Shown here: positions 1 to 12,863 of the stretch, in pieces
Numbering within the stretch: the first letter of the stretch is position 1
Layout: each line of letters starts with the position of its first letter
NCBI GenBank assembly: GCA_951406725.2
Contig: OX597831.1
Location: forward strand, 68,758,001 to 68,822,000
DNA: 64,000 bases
Direction: 5' to 3'
DNA from: Octopus vulgaris
Lineage: Eukaryota
Notes under the pieces: generated by a model
The model's input: the letters and a program-made list of their open reading frames with translations, nothing else
Databases searched by the model: none
What the model was told of the DNA's origin: nothing
Translations under genes and position numbers: made by a program

Positions 1-1356
1 AGAACATAAATAGAAACTAGCAGATTGATCTAGTAGCAAATTTCTCTGAGTAAATTGAAGAGTCTGAGACAAATCGGAGTTGCTATCTTTATTGTCTGGG
101 TCAATATGGATAGTTGGAAGCTCCTACAGCTTGCATTAATTAATTACTAAGATGAAGCTGACTTGGTATATACCTTATGATAGTTCTGCTTGTCATTCTG
201 TTTACTCAGCCTATCAGTAACACTTTCATGTGATTAGTTGAAGGGAAAGAGAGGAGAAAGAAAAGGAGGGAGAAAAATAGATAAAGGCAAAGAGTAAGAC
301 AGAAAGTGAGAATGAAAAAGAGGGAGAGAGAAAACGACAGAGAGAGAAAAAGAGGGAGAGAGAAGCATCCATGACGTGAGGTAGGGGAATGTAATATTTA
401 TTATGTGGTTAAAAAAGTTAGTCAAAAGTAGTGATGATAGAGAGGAGGAGAGTTGAAAATATAATTTCAGCAGTGGGGTAATGTTCTGATGATGAGATGA
501 GGTTAAAGAAAGGCAGAGAGAGAGATTGAGGGGAGAGAAAGTGAGGAGAGAGATATGATGGTGATGGTGGGGGTGGTGGTGGTGATTGGATAGCGAAAAG
601 TGTATTTTTTTATTTAATCGAACTAAGTTTTTTATGTCACCTATCACTTAACACATGCTCATAAGTGCAATTCTGTGAAATATTCATGCTTGTATACATG
701 GCAGATATTTAACTAAAGGTTGTATCATATGTACAGGATATGTTTTTTCATTTATGGGAAAATGGAAAAATAAGAGTGAATATTAATTTTATGAGTGCTG
801 TGTTTTAAGTCCATAGAATTATACATAAAGTATATAAAGTGTATATATAAAGTGCATTAAGTTATAATTGTATCTCAATTCCTTTCACTTTTCAATGAGT
901 AGCTGATGAGTGACTATCTTTCTATACAGGCACAACACAAGCTATATTTTTAGGGATTTTTGGATAAAGTTTTCAGAAATAGCCCAATAGGTTCACCATT
1001 AATTCTGTGAAATAGTCACGGGATCCACTAGTTTACGTTGATTTAGACTGCACTAGTTAGAATATCTTTTCTATAGACAAAATACAGACCCAGTGGCAAG
1101 GTACAAAGTCTATTCCAAATGAAATCAAACTTTTAAAGCAGCACATCTATCAGCTGGCATAGCATGTTTGTGATTGCAGTGCTGTTGAGTGACTTCACTC
1201 TTTAGTCTAATAATAACCATATTATGTCACTCCAATTAGTCATCAGTCTACATGTGCCAAAGTCGATGTATATTTGGGGTACTTGGTATTTTGTCACAAG
1301 TTGAGCAATGAAAAATTTGGACTAACAAAACATTTATGTGAATTGCTATTTATTGT

Positions 1357-1745
1357 GAATGGAAGCACTCCGTCGGTTACGACGACGAGGGTTCTGGTTG
1401 ATCCGAATCAACGGAACAGCCTTCTCGTGAAATTAACGTGTAAGTGGCTGAGCATTCCACAGACACGTGCAACCTTAACGTAGTTCTCAAGGATATTCAG
1501 CATGACACAGAGAGTGACAAGGCCGGCCCCTTGAAATACAGGTACAACAGAAACAGGAAGTAAGAGTGAGAGAAAGTTGTGGTGAAAGAGTACAGCAGGG
1601 ATCACCACCATCCCCTGCCGGAGCCTCGTGGAGCTTTTAGGTGTTTTCGCTCAATAAACAGTCACAACACCCGGTCTGGGAATCGAAACCGCGATCCTAT
1701 GACCGTGAGTCCGCTGCCCTAACCACTGGGCCATTGCGCCTCCAC
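1357..1745 (-). mobile_element. tRNA-derived SINE, family C (tail variant 1), full length
   Basis: Minus strand begins GGAGGCGCAATGGCCCAGTGG (A box) and has GGTTTCGATTCC (B box). Flanked by a 13-bp TSD TGCTATTTATTGT at 1344-1356 and 1746-1758. Head and body shared with copies at 25438, 29306 and 56336. Confidence 0.9.
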
Positions 1746-2044
1746 TGCTATTTATTGTACCAGTATTTTGAATAAGGAAGAATATCCACCAAAGTTGATA
1801 CCAAAACATATATTTCCATGACAACAAATGGCAATCACTTTGCAGAATTGCATGCTGTGATCTATAAAAATCATCATCTGTCTGTCCACAAAGTTTTCTA
1901 AGTAGGCATCTTTAAAAGTTTGTGCCATATGGTTTTAAAAGAAAATGCAAATGCATCATGTCATCACAAAATGTCTGCTATTCCTGCTGACAGACAAAAC
2001 CAGTCAATTGGATTTGTGTTACAATTCTTTCCCACTTAAAAGAA

Positions 2045-2333
2045 GCTGGGCTGCATGTTGTGTTCTTGAGCAAGATACTTTATTTCACGTTGCTCCAGTT
2101 CACTCAGCTGTAGAAATGAGTTGCGACATCACAGGTGTCAAGCTGTATCGACCCCTTTACCTTTCCCTTGGATAACACTGGTGGCGTGGAGAGGGGAGAC
2201 TGGTATGCATGGGCGACTGTTGGTCTTCCATAAAAACAACCTTGCCCAGACTTGTGCCTCAGAGGGTAACTCTCTAGGTACAAGCCCATGGTCAGTGTCT
2301 GACCGAAGGGGGTCACAACAAAAAGAAGCTTGC
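2045..2333 (+). mobile_element. SINE fragment with CORE-like central motif (family E), tRNA head missing
   Basis: GTGTTCTTGAGCAAGATACTTTA...CACTCAGCTGTAGAAATGAGT resembles SINE central domains; higher GC than flanks; ends ACAACAAAA. Single copy in the window. Confidence 0.55.
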
Positions 2334-3485
2334 ACATATACAACTAGGGCTGGGTGCTGCCCTATGACACCACACCTGTTCAAGCATCAATTCTTGTCAC
2401 TGATTTTTGGACAAAGCACAAGACTTTCAATTTGCAGCCACTCTACTCCCTGGATTTGGTCCTTGTGTCTAAATTTGATATCTAACCTAAAATGTCATCA
2501 GTTTTAATTGATCAAAGCAATATTATGAGAAATGCTATTTTCATTCAAAACACATTCCAAGATGTATTTGAAGTTGGAATTTTGGGAGAAATGTATTAAC
2601 AATAAAGAGATTTATCTAAAGGAAAAGCTTATCCATTATAGGTAAAGTAATAATTTCTCATTTAAAAATGTTTGTTTCTTTATGGATTGACCTAGTATAA
2701 ACAGCCACATGTTTGTCTTTACCATTCTGTTCTCTGGCATTGTGTTGTATCCTTGGATATAATACATTGTTCTAATTTGATAGTAGAAGAGAAGCATGTC
2801 CAACAATAAAATATATTTTCAACTAATCTATGCAAATATCTAAATTTGCAGAATTACTAAACCTATATTGGTTAAAAGTGTATTCAAAATATCAATATAT
2901 ATTTGTAATGCTTAAATTCAACCTGAAAGTCAATATTTTCCTAGACAAATAAATTTCAATTATTTCTTACTTTTGCCATAGCCCTAATACTACAGCACAG
3001 TACTACAGTATGTTATAGGTCTAGTCCTTACTCTCTGCTACTATCAAGATGTATTTCCATATAGACAACTTATGTGAATAGCTCGCTAATGACTAACAAT
3101 ATAAATTTGGTTGTATTATTTACTGATTGCTAATTGTATTATTTTTGCTGATGGCCATCAATAAAGAGTTTCTTGATTGTTATCAATACAACTTTTCTAG
3201 ACAGCTAACAATACTATAGCCTTTAGTGGTGGCCTACAGTATTGACTTAATTTTATTTTTAACTTTATAATTAACACAAAATTTGGACGGCATTCAAGAT
3301 TTCATTAAAAAAGACAAAGGCAATCGTTCTACTAACAATATGACATTATCACAAGATTGTTTGATATTGTTTAGTCAGTGTAGTGTACCAATTTCTAGTG
3401 TAAAGTGATGGAAAGCAAAGATAAATCCTAATAAGGTTTGAATCCTGAACTATATAGTTTGCTTCCCTCCTTCCCTCCCCTGCAC

Positions 3486-3598
3486 AACTACCACCGCCAC
3501 TACCACTGCCACCACCACCACCACCACCACCACCACCACCACTACCACCACCACCACCACCACCGCAACCACCACCGCCATCACCACCACCACCACCA
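3486..3598. repeat. (CCA)n trinucleotide microsatellite
   Basis: Direct reading; explains the poly-Gly ORF 3349-3654. Confidence 0.95.
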
Positions 3599-4809
3599 AT
3601 TCCATTAGCAATTTTAGATATTGATTGTTGACATAAGTTCCTCACATTTAACACGTTATAGTTCTGGCACTAATAATGTAAAATAAATGTTTAATCTTTG
3701 ACCCAATTATCTGTATCATCTTCTTTTTTTTTATGTTATCCACATCCTGATTTAGATTAATGTTCTCATGGAACTCTTTTTAATGATATTCCCTGGAAAT
3801 ATGAGTCAAATTTCAGATGATCAGTTTTAAGAACCTCTAAAATAATTTAGGATCTGCTTAGAATATAAAAAAAAATTTTACTCTGAGCATGTTTTTTCCT
3901 TATATGTGCTAGCAGAAAGCCCACCCTCCAGGCAGTTTTTTCTCTGCTAGTCACCAAAGGATATTTGCACATCTGATTCCCAAGTTATATAATTAATTTT
4001 ACTGATATTATGTCTAACTTTCTAATTTTCCTTTGTATCCTTTATTCATCCAATAGAACTTACTTGCTCAGTAAATATTTATTTCATGTTTCATAGCAGT
4101 CTTAATCTCTCTATTTTATTTCGTTTTTGGATTTGGTTTGCAAGATTCTTTATATGAGTTCGTGTATTGAAGCATATTCTGTTGTGTCTGGGGAGAGTCA
4201 TTCTCTTTTAGTGTCTTATTATTTAACACACTCACCGGTAAAATTTCCACTTATTTCTTATTTTTATTTTCTAAAATTTCCTTTGCGTCTTGCAACCTTT
4301 TCAATAGTCTTGACTTGCTATTTTAAACAAACTGAAATGTAGTACAAACTCTATGTGGTTATTTATTATGCCAGAAACAGCAGGGATAACATGAGTAAAT
4401 TCTAAGGTGTATGTTATACCAAAGAGCCATACCAACAAATCCATCTCTGATATATTTTCAAATTATTCTGATGTTGTGATTTCACATTAACCTCTCACCC
4501 CATCCAGCTTGCTTCCCAGTAATTTGTACTGCTTTCAGATTACTAAAGTAATCCTCGCTAGGAGCAATTTAAAATTGATTTCATACTACCACCTCAAATC
4601 CATTCCCAAATGTTTCCTGCTTTGGTGACAAACAAAGTGTGTTTTCTGTGGTGTGTGTGTGTGTAAAAGCTTTAGGTACACAAGTGCAAATCACAGAGAA
4701 AGGGGTTTGAGCAGTCAATTAGCATTGGAAAAATCACATTTAAAGTGTATAAATATACTATTTTGTATAATAGTTTTGTATTAAAATATTTTGTTAACAT
4801 GTTAAGAAT

Positions 4810-4924
4810 GTGTGTGTATATATACATATATATGCGTGTGCGTATGAATACATATATACATTTATATATGTATGTACATATATATATATGTATGTATGAA
4901 TGTATATATATATATATATGTATG

Positions 4925-4960
<36 letters not shown>
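4810..4960. repeat. (TA)n/(TG)n compound microsatellite
   Basis: Direct reading. Confidence 0.95.
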
Positions 4961-4962
<2 letters not shown>

Positions 4963-5304
4963 TTTATTGTATGGTATATATTTTGATTGCATTTGAAATG
5001 TGTAAGTTTGTAATTACATTTTATGTTTAATAAATTCAAACTGAAATAAAACTTTTAAATTATCAGAAAGTAAAACAAGCTAATGTTTTCAAATGTAAAC
5101 AGAATATATATACTTACACACTTTAAATTCAAGTGAAACATATTAAAATGAAATTTTTATTCTAAAAAATTGCAGACTCAAAATCTTTGATGTTTAAAGT
5201 GTTTTTTAAAGGCATCATAAAAATGTTAAGGGATGTAACATATGTGAATGTATAAATTTTCTTTTGCATTGATTTACACATTTGTGCAATTTAGTATTAA
5301 TAAC

Positions 5305-5664
5305 TGAGCATGATCGTTGCCAGAGCAGCCAACTGGCTTCTGTACCCGTGGCATGTAAAAGGGCACCATTCGAGCGTGATTGTTACCAATGTCGCTTCAC
5401 TGTGGCACCTGTGCTGGTGGCATGTGTAAAAAGATTTGAGCGAGGTCGTTGCCAGTGCCGCCTGACTGGCCCCTGTGCTGGTGGCACGTAAAAAGCACCC
5501 ACTACTCTCTCGGAGTGGTTGGCATTAGGAAGGGCATCCACCTAGAGAAACTCTGCCAGTTCAAGATTGGAGCCGACTGCAGCCATCTGGCTCACCAGCC
5601 CTCAGTCAAAATCGTCCAACCCATGCTAGCATGGAAAGTGGACATTAAACGATGATGATGATGA
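5305..5664 (+). mobile_element. Family D: 5'-truncated 3'-UTR copy of an RTE-clade LINE, (GAT)n tail
   Basis: Internal ~60-bp repeats (GGTGGCAYGTAAAAAGCACC), then GAGTGGTTGGCATTAGGAAGGGCATCCA and CCAACCCATGCTAGCATGGAAAG...AAACGATGATGATG. Confidence 0.85.
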
Positions 5665-5767
5665 ACCCACACAAACACACAATAACTGTATTACTAAGAT
5701 AGCAAATTATATATTTTTTACTTCATCATATGAATAATGTTAACATGAATGGTTGAAGTTTCAGTGA

Positions 5768-6397
5768 AGGAATGCTTGAAAAGACCTGGCAAGCCAAGTG
5801 AGACCATAAGTCGTGGACTATGCCAGTGGTGTAACCAGGCCACTTATGTGTACCTTTCCTTCATTGGACACTAAACTCTCCTTGCGAAGACTTGATGAGG
5901 CAAGTGAAATCGAAATCAAATTCGATGACAGCACTGCATGACTGGCATCTGTGCTAGTGGAGCGCTAAGGGCACCATCTGAGCATGATTGTTGCCAGGGC
6001 CACCGACTGGCTCCCATGCTGGTCGCATGTAAAAAGCACCATTTGAGCGTGATCGTTACCAGCATCGCCTTACTGGCACTTGGACCAGTGGCATGTGAAA
6101 AACAACATTTGAGTGAGGTTGTTGCCAGTGCCGCTGGACTGGCTCCTGTGCAGGTGGCACGTAAAAAACACCATTTGAGCACGGCCGTTGCCAGTGCTTC
6201 CTGACTGGCCCTTGTGCTGGTGGCATGTAAAAGCACCCACTACACTCTCAGAGTGGTTGGCATTAGGAAGGGCATCCAGTTGTAGAAACTCTGCCAGATC
6301 AGATTGGAGCCTGGTGCAACCATCTGGCTCGCCAGTCCTCAGTCAAACCGTCCAACCCATGCCAGCATGGAAAGCAGACGCTAAACAATGATGATGA
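5768..6397 (+). mobile_element. Family D longer copy including the last codons of the RTE ORF
   Basis: Starts GCTTGAAAAGACCTGGCAAGCCAAGTGA (LEKTWQAK*), matching the ORF end of the RTE relic near 7680-7710 (minus); about five internal ~60-bp units; (GAT)n tail. Confidence 0.8.
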
Positions 6398-6907
6398 GGT
6401 GCATATTTAATCAAACTAAACCAGTAAATTGCAGGTTCTTATTTCATACAGCTTTATGACAGAAGGAAAGACAAAAAAGACAATGAGAATACTTAAATTC
6501 AGAAGCTCAAAACTAAACACTATTTTGTATTTAAGCTGTTACATTATATTCCTGACAACATTCAGTTTCCATATTCTTCAACCTCCATTTGCTCAGGTAA
6601 ACAAAGGTAAGCAAATCAAGTTTATGATAAAATCAATTAGTTACTAAACAACAAATTTAGATTTTAAAATAATTTCTAATTCTAGGTGTACATGCTCACA
6701 CACATACATGCTACATTACTGCCTTATTCTTTAATGTCTGTTGTCCATGCTGGTATGGGTTAGATGGCTTAACCAGGGCTGTCAAACTGAGGGGCTGCAC
6801 CAGACTCCAGTCTGATTTGGCATGGTTTCTATGGTTGGATGCCCTTCCTAATGCCAACCACTCTGAGAATGTAATGGATGATTTTACATATCACCAGCAC
6901 AGATACC

Positions 6908-7130
6908 TATTTCTTTATTACCCACAAGGGGCTAAACATAGAGGGGACAAACAAGGACAGACATAGGTATTAAGTCTATTACATCGACCCCAGTGTGGAA
7001 CTGGTACTTAATTTATCGACCCCGAAAGGATGAAAGGCAAAGTCAACCTTGGCGGAATTTGAACTCACAACGTAATGACAGGTGAAATACCGCTAAGCAG
7101 TTCGTCCGGCGTGCTAATGTTTCTGCCAGC
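6908..7130 (-). mobile_element. tRNA-derived SINE family B (Nin/Deu-like central motif)
   Basis: Minus strand GAGTTCAAATTCC (B box) followed by GCCTTTCATCCTTTCGGGGTCGATAAATTAAGTACCAG; 14-bp TSD CCAGCACAGATACC at 6894-6907 and 7126-7139. Confidence 0.9.
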
Positions 7131-7429
7131 ACAGATACCAGTTCCCTGACACCAATATCTGCCACATCTACGATTTCACTTGCTTTGATGGGTCTTCTCA
7201 AGCACAGCATATTGCCGAGGGTCTCAATCATTTGTCTTTGCCACCATGAGGCCTAACACTTGAAATGTGCCATTTATGTGCCACTAGCACAGGTGTTAGT
7301 TACTCGACACTGGCACTGGCCACATTGCCTCCATGAGGCCCATCACTTGAGTTGTACATTTTACGTTCCACCAGCATGGGTGCCATTTACATAATACCAG
7401 TATCTGCCATGACTGGTATTATGTAACAA

Positions 7430-7661
7430 AGGCTGCGAGCTGGCAGAAACGCTTGCACGCCGGGTGAAATGTGTAGCCGTATTTCGTCTGTCGTTACGTT
7501 CTGAGTTCAAATTTCGCTGAGGTCCACTTTGCCTTTCATCCTTTCGGGATCTATTAAATAAGTACCAGTTACGCACTGGGGTCAATACAATCGACTTAAT
7601 CCGTTTGTCTGTCCTTGTTTGTCCCCTCTGTGTTTAGCCCCTTATGGGTAGTAAAGAAATA
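7430..7661 (+). mobile_element. SINE family B
   Basis: GGCTGCGAGCTGGCAGAAACG...GAGTTCAAAT...GGGTAGTAAAGAAATA; TSD AGTATCTG(C/A)CATGACTG at about 7399-7416 and 7662-7678. Confidence 0.9.
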
Positions 7662-9099
7662 AGTATCTGACATGACTGATCTCACTCGTCTTGATGTGTC
7701 TTCTCAAGCATGGCATATCGCCAAAGGTCTCAGTCACTAGTCATTGCCTCCATGGGGCCCAGCATTCAGAAATTATGCTTCACCACCTCATCCCATGTCT
7801 TCCTGGGTCTACCTCTACCACAGATTCCTTCCACAGTTAGAGGGTGGCACTTCTTTACACAGCTGTCCTCATCCATTCACATCACATGACCATACCTGCA
7901 CAGCTGTCTCTCTTGCACACCACATCTGATGCCTCTTATGCCCAACTTTTCTCTCAAGATGCTTGCGCCCTGTCATACATGCACACTGACATTACACATC
8001 CTGCGAAGCATACTAGCTTCATCTCTTTCAAGCCTATGCATGTCCTTGGCAGTCACAGCCCATGTTTTACTACCATGTAGCATAGTTGTTCACACACAGA
8101 CATCATATAGTCTACCTTTCACTCAGAGGAGAGAGGATCTTTGTTGCCAACAGTGGTAGGAGCTCTCTGAACTTTGCCTAGCCTATTCTTATTCTCACTG
8201 CTATGCTACTGACTTGGTCACCAAAATAACAGAAACTGTCAACTACTTCTTGATTAACCTCTGGCAGTTGATGGAGTCTATTTTCTGTATACTTTTAGAG
8301 TTTATTGTACCTGTGCACCTTCCACACACAAAATCTATTTTCCCAGGTAATCTTCCTCTGATATTGCTGCACCTCTTGTGTATCCATAGCTTACACCAGG
8401 TACATCTTACAGACTTTCTACCAATGCTTTTTTTACAGATTGAGCAGAACTATCTACTCAATTTGTGATTGTCTGCTTTCCTACTTACTAAGACTTTGGT
8501 TTTTGCTAGGTTAACTCTATGATTTTAGACCTTGCTTCCACACCTGAAACTTCTCTAGTTCTGATCGTGATTCAGCTATAAGTGCAAGATCATCAACATA
8601 GAGGAGCTCCCAGGAACAACTCATCTTAGATTCCTCTGATATTGTCTGGAGAACTATGACGAACAGGCATGAGCTGAAGACTGATCCTTGGTGAACTTCT
8701 ACTTGTGTCCTGAATTCCTCGCTATACTCGTTGCCAACTCTCACCTTACTGACTGCATTCCTGTAAATGGCTTGTACAATTCTCACCAACCACTTGCCTA
8801 TCCCTAATTTCTGCACTGGCCATGAAATAAGGGATTTGGGAACCCTGTCAAAGCCATTCTCTATGTCAACAAAAGCCAAATACAGAGGTTTATGTTTGGT
8901 TAGGTACTTCTCCTGTGTCTACATTACTAGAAATATAGCATCAGTGGTGCTTCTACCAGGCACAAAACCAAGTTGCATTTCATCTAGACTAACTCTCTCA
9001 CTAATTAGTTGAGCTAGGACCCTCTCTGTGACTTTCATCACCTGATTCAAAAATTTGATACCTCTGTATCAAATTTTTGGATCAAATTTTTTTTATCAA

Positions 9100-9342
9100 A
9101 GCCTTGGCTGGCTTCTGATCATGGCTGTTGCCAGCCTTGCCTGGCATCTGTGCCGGTGGCATGTAAAAAGCACCCACTACACTCACAGAGTGGTTGGCGT
9201 TAGGAAGGGCATCCAGCTGTAGAAACACTGCCAGATCAGACTGGGGCCTGGTGCAGCCTTCTGGGTTCCCAGACCCCGGTCGAACCATGCAACCCATGCT
9301 AGCATGGAAAATGGACGTTAAACGATGATGATGATGATGATG
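9100..9342 (+). mobile_element. Family D copy nested in the RTE relic
   Basis: Family D 3' motifs and (GAT)7 tail, opposite orientation to the host LINE. Confidence 0.85.
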
Positions 9343-9587
9343 TAATTATTTCTATCTAAGATGTCACCTTTACCTTTGTAGCAGTTGACTATTGTACTGC
9401 TACACCAGTCATTAAGTATGACTCCTTCATGTAGCACTTGGTCAACTATATGGGTGACTAGACCATAACCTACACCACCAGATATTTTAAGCATCTAAGA
9501 GGTGATTCCTGGTGTGCTGGGGGTTTACCCTATTTTCATATCCTTCATGGCTTTGTCTACAATGCTGCTGTTCATTCAGATTGTTGG

Positions 9588-10255
9588 TCATCATCATTGT
9601 TCGACCGTGGTCGAGACAATGGAATTTACTATGTTATGCCAGACTTCACGGTCCATCATAGCATTACGGAGGTCCTATTGCTGGATGCCTGTATCCCTGG
9701 AGATTACATCAGGGTAGGAGAGTGTGCACCCTCTGGTATTGCGAGTAGATGGCTTCCAGAGGAGAAGAGTAGAAATTACTTCTTTTTCAGCTCTACAACA
9801 ATGTCCAGCAAACTGGACTCTCCTACCTTTCACAAGAGATGACACAGGTGGTAGTTTCCCATATATTTGCATTTTGGTTGGATGGCACTTCCATGAGAGA
9901 TTTTGAGCCCTCATAAGGAGGCGAGTGTAGGTTCCATCCAACCGCCTCTCAAGCTTCTTTGATAACGTCCAGGTTTCTGAGCCATATAGTAGAATTGGTT
10001 CGACTGTGGCTTTGAATATTTCAAGTTTGAAGTCTCTACTTAGATTTGATGACCAGATCTTATGCATGTCATTACAGGCTGACCAGGCCATACCCTTTCT
10101 AGTTAGAAAGTCTTTTCCAGATGATGATATGTATGACCCAAGATATTTATAATCAGAAACCATATTTAAAGGTGCACTGTTGAGAGTATGGATGATGCAA
10201 TCACTGTTGGACAGGCACTTGTTTATGTATTCAGTTTTGGCCTCATTGAGCTGAC
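9588..10255 (-). mobile_element. 5'-truncated RTE-like LINE of a second family, nested in the RTE relic
   Basis: ORF 9675-10163: YKYLGSYI...IFKATVEPILLYGSETWTL...RRVQFAGHC (RT thumb/C-terminal region); short (TGA)n tail near 9588-9597. Confidence 0.85.
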
Positions 10256-11079
10256 TGTCCTTCTATCATGAGTTCCCTACATTTAGTAGTCTTTCATAGT
10301 GGCACTTCCAAGCCTCTTTCTTTGCAGTGTCACTAACAGCAAGTGAACCATCATCCATGTGAACACATTTGTCTCTCACAGCATCATAATTTTACCTGGT
10401 GCACTGTCTTACAAACTGAAGTACTTCAAGTCACTGGTCCTCATGTGACAGAACATTGACAAACTTCTTCCTCTCTGCTTCGCCCTTGGCTAAGTATATC
10501 AGCTTCTTAGCTGCCTTCTAGCTGCCAGATAGAACTACTTGCTACTACCACCCTTTTGGTCCTTCCAAGCCTGTTTCTTTGCTCTAATGGCCCTATCAAC
10601 TAAATTGTTCCACCACCATGTCACCCTAGGTCTGATTGGGGCTATGCACCACCCACAAATTTGGTTCGTGGCTCTTAGAAAGTTGTCTCTTAGGAACTTC
10701 CAGTTATCCTCTATAACTCTTCCTCCTCATCAAATGCTTCTGTTTATTCAAAGGATCCTTAAGCTTTCAGATCCTTCTTTTCCAAACTGGCTTGCTTCTT
10801 GGAATCTTTCATGCCTGCAGTTCGAAGTTACTAAGATAGCTGTAGAATGTTACACAAGCACTTAACTCTGAGTACACTGCTTCTTAGAATAGAAACAGCT
10901 GTAAGCTAATGAAGGTCATTACGTGATTCTTGTTCTCTTATTCATTAATTAATATTATATTCTGTACTTGCCTAAAACTTCACCCTAAAGCATGATCATA
11001 TTAACATCTAACAACTGGTTATTAGTTCTGCAATATTGCTATTCCTAAGTAAAGGCACAATATATATATATATATATAG

Positions 11080-11275
11080 TATAGTCGCCATGATAGATCG
11101 TTAACCACTACACACATTTTTTCTCTCCTTGTTTTTTCTGTGTCCCTTTCTGTAGAAGAGCGTAGGCTCGAAACGTAAAAGACTTTTTCTATTCCTGAGC
11201 ATTATACTAATACATCTGTTTGTTTTGTACACCACCTGTCTTCGTTTTTTGTTTTTGTTTGTAAACTTTCCCTAT
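11080..11275 (+). mobile_element. Short Penelope-like pLTR-type element in a (TA)n tract, with hammerhead-like motif
   Basis: Near-identical inverted copy at 58168-58345; both flanked by (TA)n; contains CTTT-CTGTAGA-A-GAGC GTAG GCTC-GAAAC-GTA-AAAG. Confidence 0.65.
11146..11181 (+). ncRNA. Minimal type-I hammerhead-like motif with non-canonical core (CUGUAGA)
   Basis: Stem I CTTT/AAAG, stem II GAGC/GCTC, GAAAC, palindromic ACGT stem III, GUA cleavage triplet; A6 replaced by U. Confidence 0.55.
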
Positions 11276-12462
11276 ACATACATACATACATATATATATC
11301 AACAAATTGCTTTTGAATTATATGATATTTGCTAAAGGATTTTCATCAGAGTATCAAAGTGATTCAGCCAAAAAGTTGATGCAGAAATGATGATGATAAT
11401 GGTAGAAGGGTAGTAGCAATGACAATGGTTACAATATCCTTCAGTTTCAAAGTATTCTTATTTATTTGAAGAGATGTAAGAAATAAATCAGAAAATTTGT
11501 TTGTGCCAAGGTAAGTAAACCTCGTAGCTTTCTGGGTAATATAAATGAATACTGAAGTACACAATTTTCTAGATAGTAAAAGGAATTTTTAACACACATT
11601 TTTTTACCCCATTGATGATTATAAATATAAGAACAGAATCAATTACTCTGCTTTTAACTCATCTAGTCCCTAAAGAGGGTAACATTCTTTATTTGAAGAT
11701 CAAAATAAACCAGAGAATGTATTATCTTTTAGATATAGCACTCTATTGATTGTGAGGTACAAAAGTTTACTATAACTAAATAAAGAATATTGACAGGCAT
11801 AAAAATATTTTGAGACCAACACACTTGGGAATGAGAAAACATAGCAAGGAACTTTTCTGAAACCAGATATACATTGGTAGAATAAACACACAAACAAATA
11901 GGAAAACTTATTATATTTGTGCTGATTTTATTTCAATGGGGACCCAAATATAATATGGAAGATAGAAACAAGTTATAGATTAACAATATTGATTCACTTT
12001 TGAAGAAGCTCTGCATATAGGGAATCTATTTATAATTGTTTATCTTTATCCTTTGGCCATTTTAGAATTGATTAATAATGAACTATGAACAAGTCATCAG
12101 TTTTCCTCACGTTTACCTGGTTTTCTTCATCTTATCAAAACAGTCTAGTTTCTAAAATTCTAATTCTCATCATTTCATCTCTGCCAAGACATGTTGATTG
12201 GTTGGGTATGTCAATCTAATTAGATATCTAAATGTTACCTTGAACTAAGTACAGAAGTTGCAGATTGAATTATTAGTACAACCACATGCAATTTTTGCAA
12301 AATAAATTTGTGATGCGTCAATAAGCTTTCGGATTATGCAGAGTGCAGCTTTATGTCATGTAATGTAGCAGTCAGGGAGGGTCATCTACATTTCAGTATT
12401 CAGCTTATTTGTTTAGGACTGAGATTTCAACTAGTACAGAAGAGTAATTTCTTCTTTTTTTT

Positions 12463-12863
12463 TTCTTTTACTTGTTTCAGTCATTTGACTGCGGCCATGC
12501 TGGAGCACTGCCTTTAGTCGAGCAAATCGACCCTGGGACTTATTCTTTGTAAGCCTAGTACTTATTCTATCGGTCTCTTTTGGCGAACCGCTAAGTGACG
12601 GGGACGTAAACACACCAGCATCGGTTGTCAAGCAATGCTAGGGGGACAAACACAGACACACAAACATATACACACACATACATATATATATACATATATA
12701 CGATGGGCTTCTTTCAGTTTCCGTCTACCAAATCCACTCACAAGGCATTGGTCGGCCCGGAGCTATAGCAGAAGACACTTGCCCAAGATGCCATGCAGTG
12801 GGACTGAACCCGGAACCATGTGGTTGGTTAGCAAGCTACTTACCACACAGCCACTCCTGCACC
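12463..12863 (-). mobile_element. tRNA-derived SINE family A (CORE-like motif, internal microsatellite, (AGTAAAAG)n tail)
   Basis: Minus strand TGGCTGTGTGG A box, GGTTCAGTCC B box, CTTGGGCAAGTGTCTT, internal (TA)n(TG)n, 3' CAGTCAAATGACTGAAACAAGTAAAAG. About 20 copies or fragments in the window. Confidence 0.92.

Larger units (their letters stand above)
6725..10865 (-). mobile_element. Decayed RTE-clade LINE (RT, C-terminal Cys-rich region, 3' UTR = family D), interrupted by nested insertions
   Basis: ORF 8517-8879 gives FVDIENGFDRVP...HQGSVFSSCLF...LLYVDDLAL (RT motifs). Upstream PRVTWWWNN-like segment near 10600-10630. 3' UTR at 6725-7420 matches family D. Many stops and frameshifts. Confidence 0.8.

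Noticed and set aside
3349-3654. Gly-rich ORF (and the Thr/Pro/His-rich ORFs at 53766-54138)
   Set aside because: Explained by trinucleotide microsatellites; flanks show no coding character.
4143-4310. Possible dispersed repeat (Helitron-like) fragment
   Set aside because: Single copy in the window and no diagnostic termini I can demonstrate.
11360-11516. Candidate host exons (donor AAG|GTAAGT at 11510; acceptors near 32555 plus and 40230 minus)
   Set aside because: Isolated splice-like motifs with no recognisable protein similarity or consistent exon chain.
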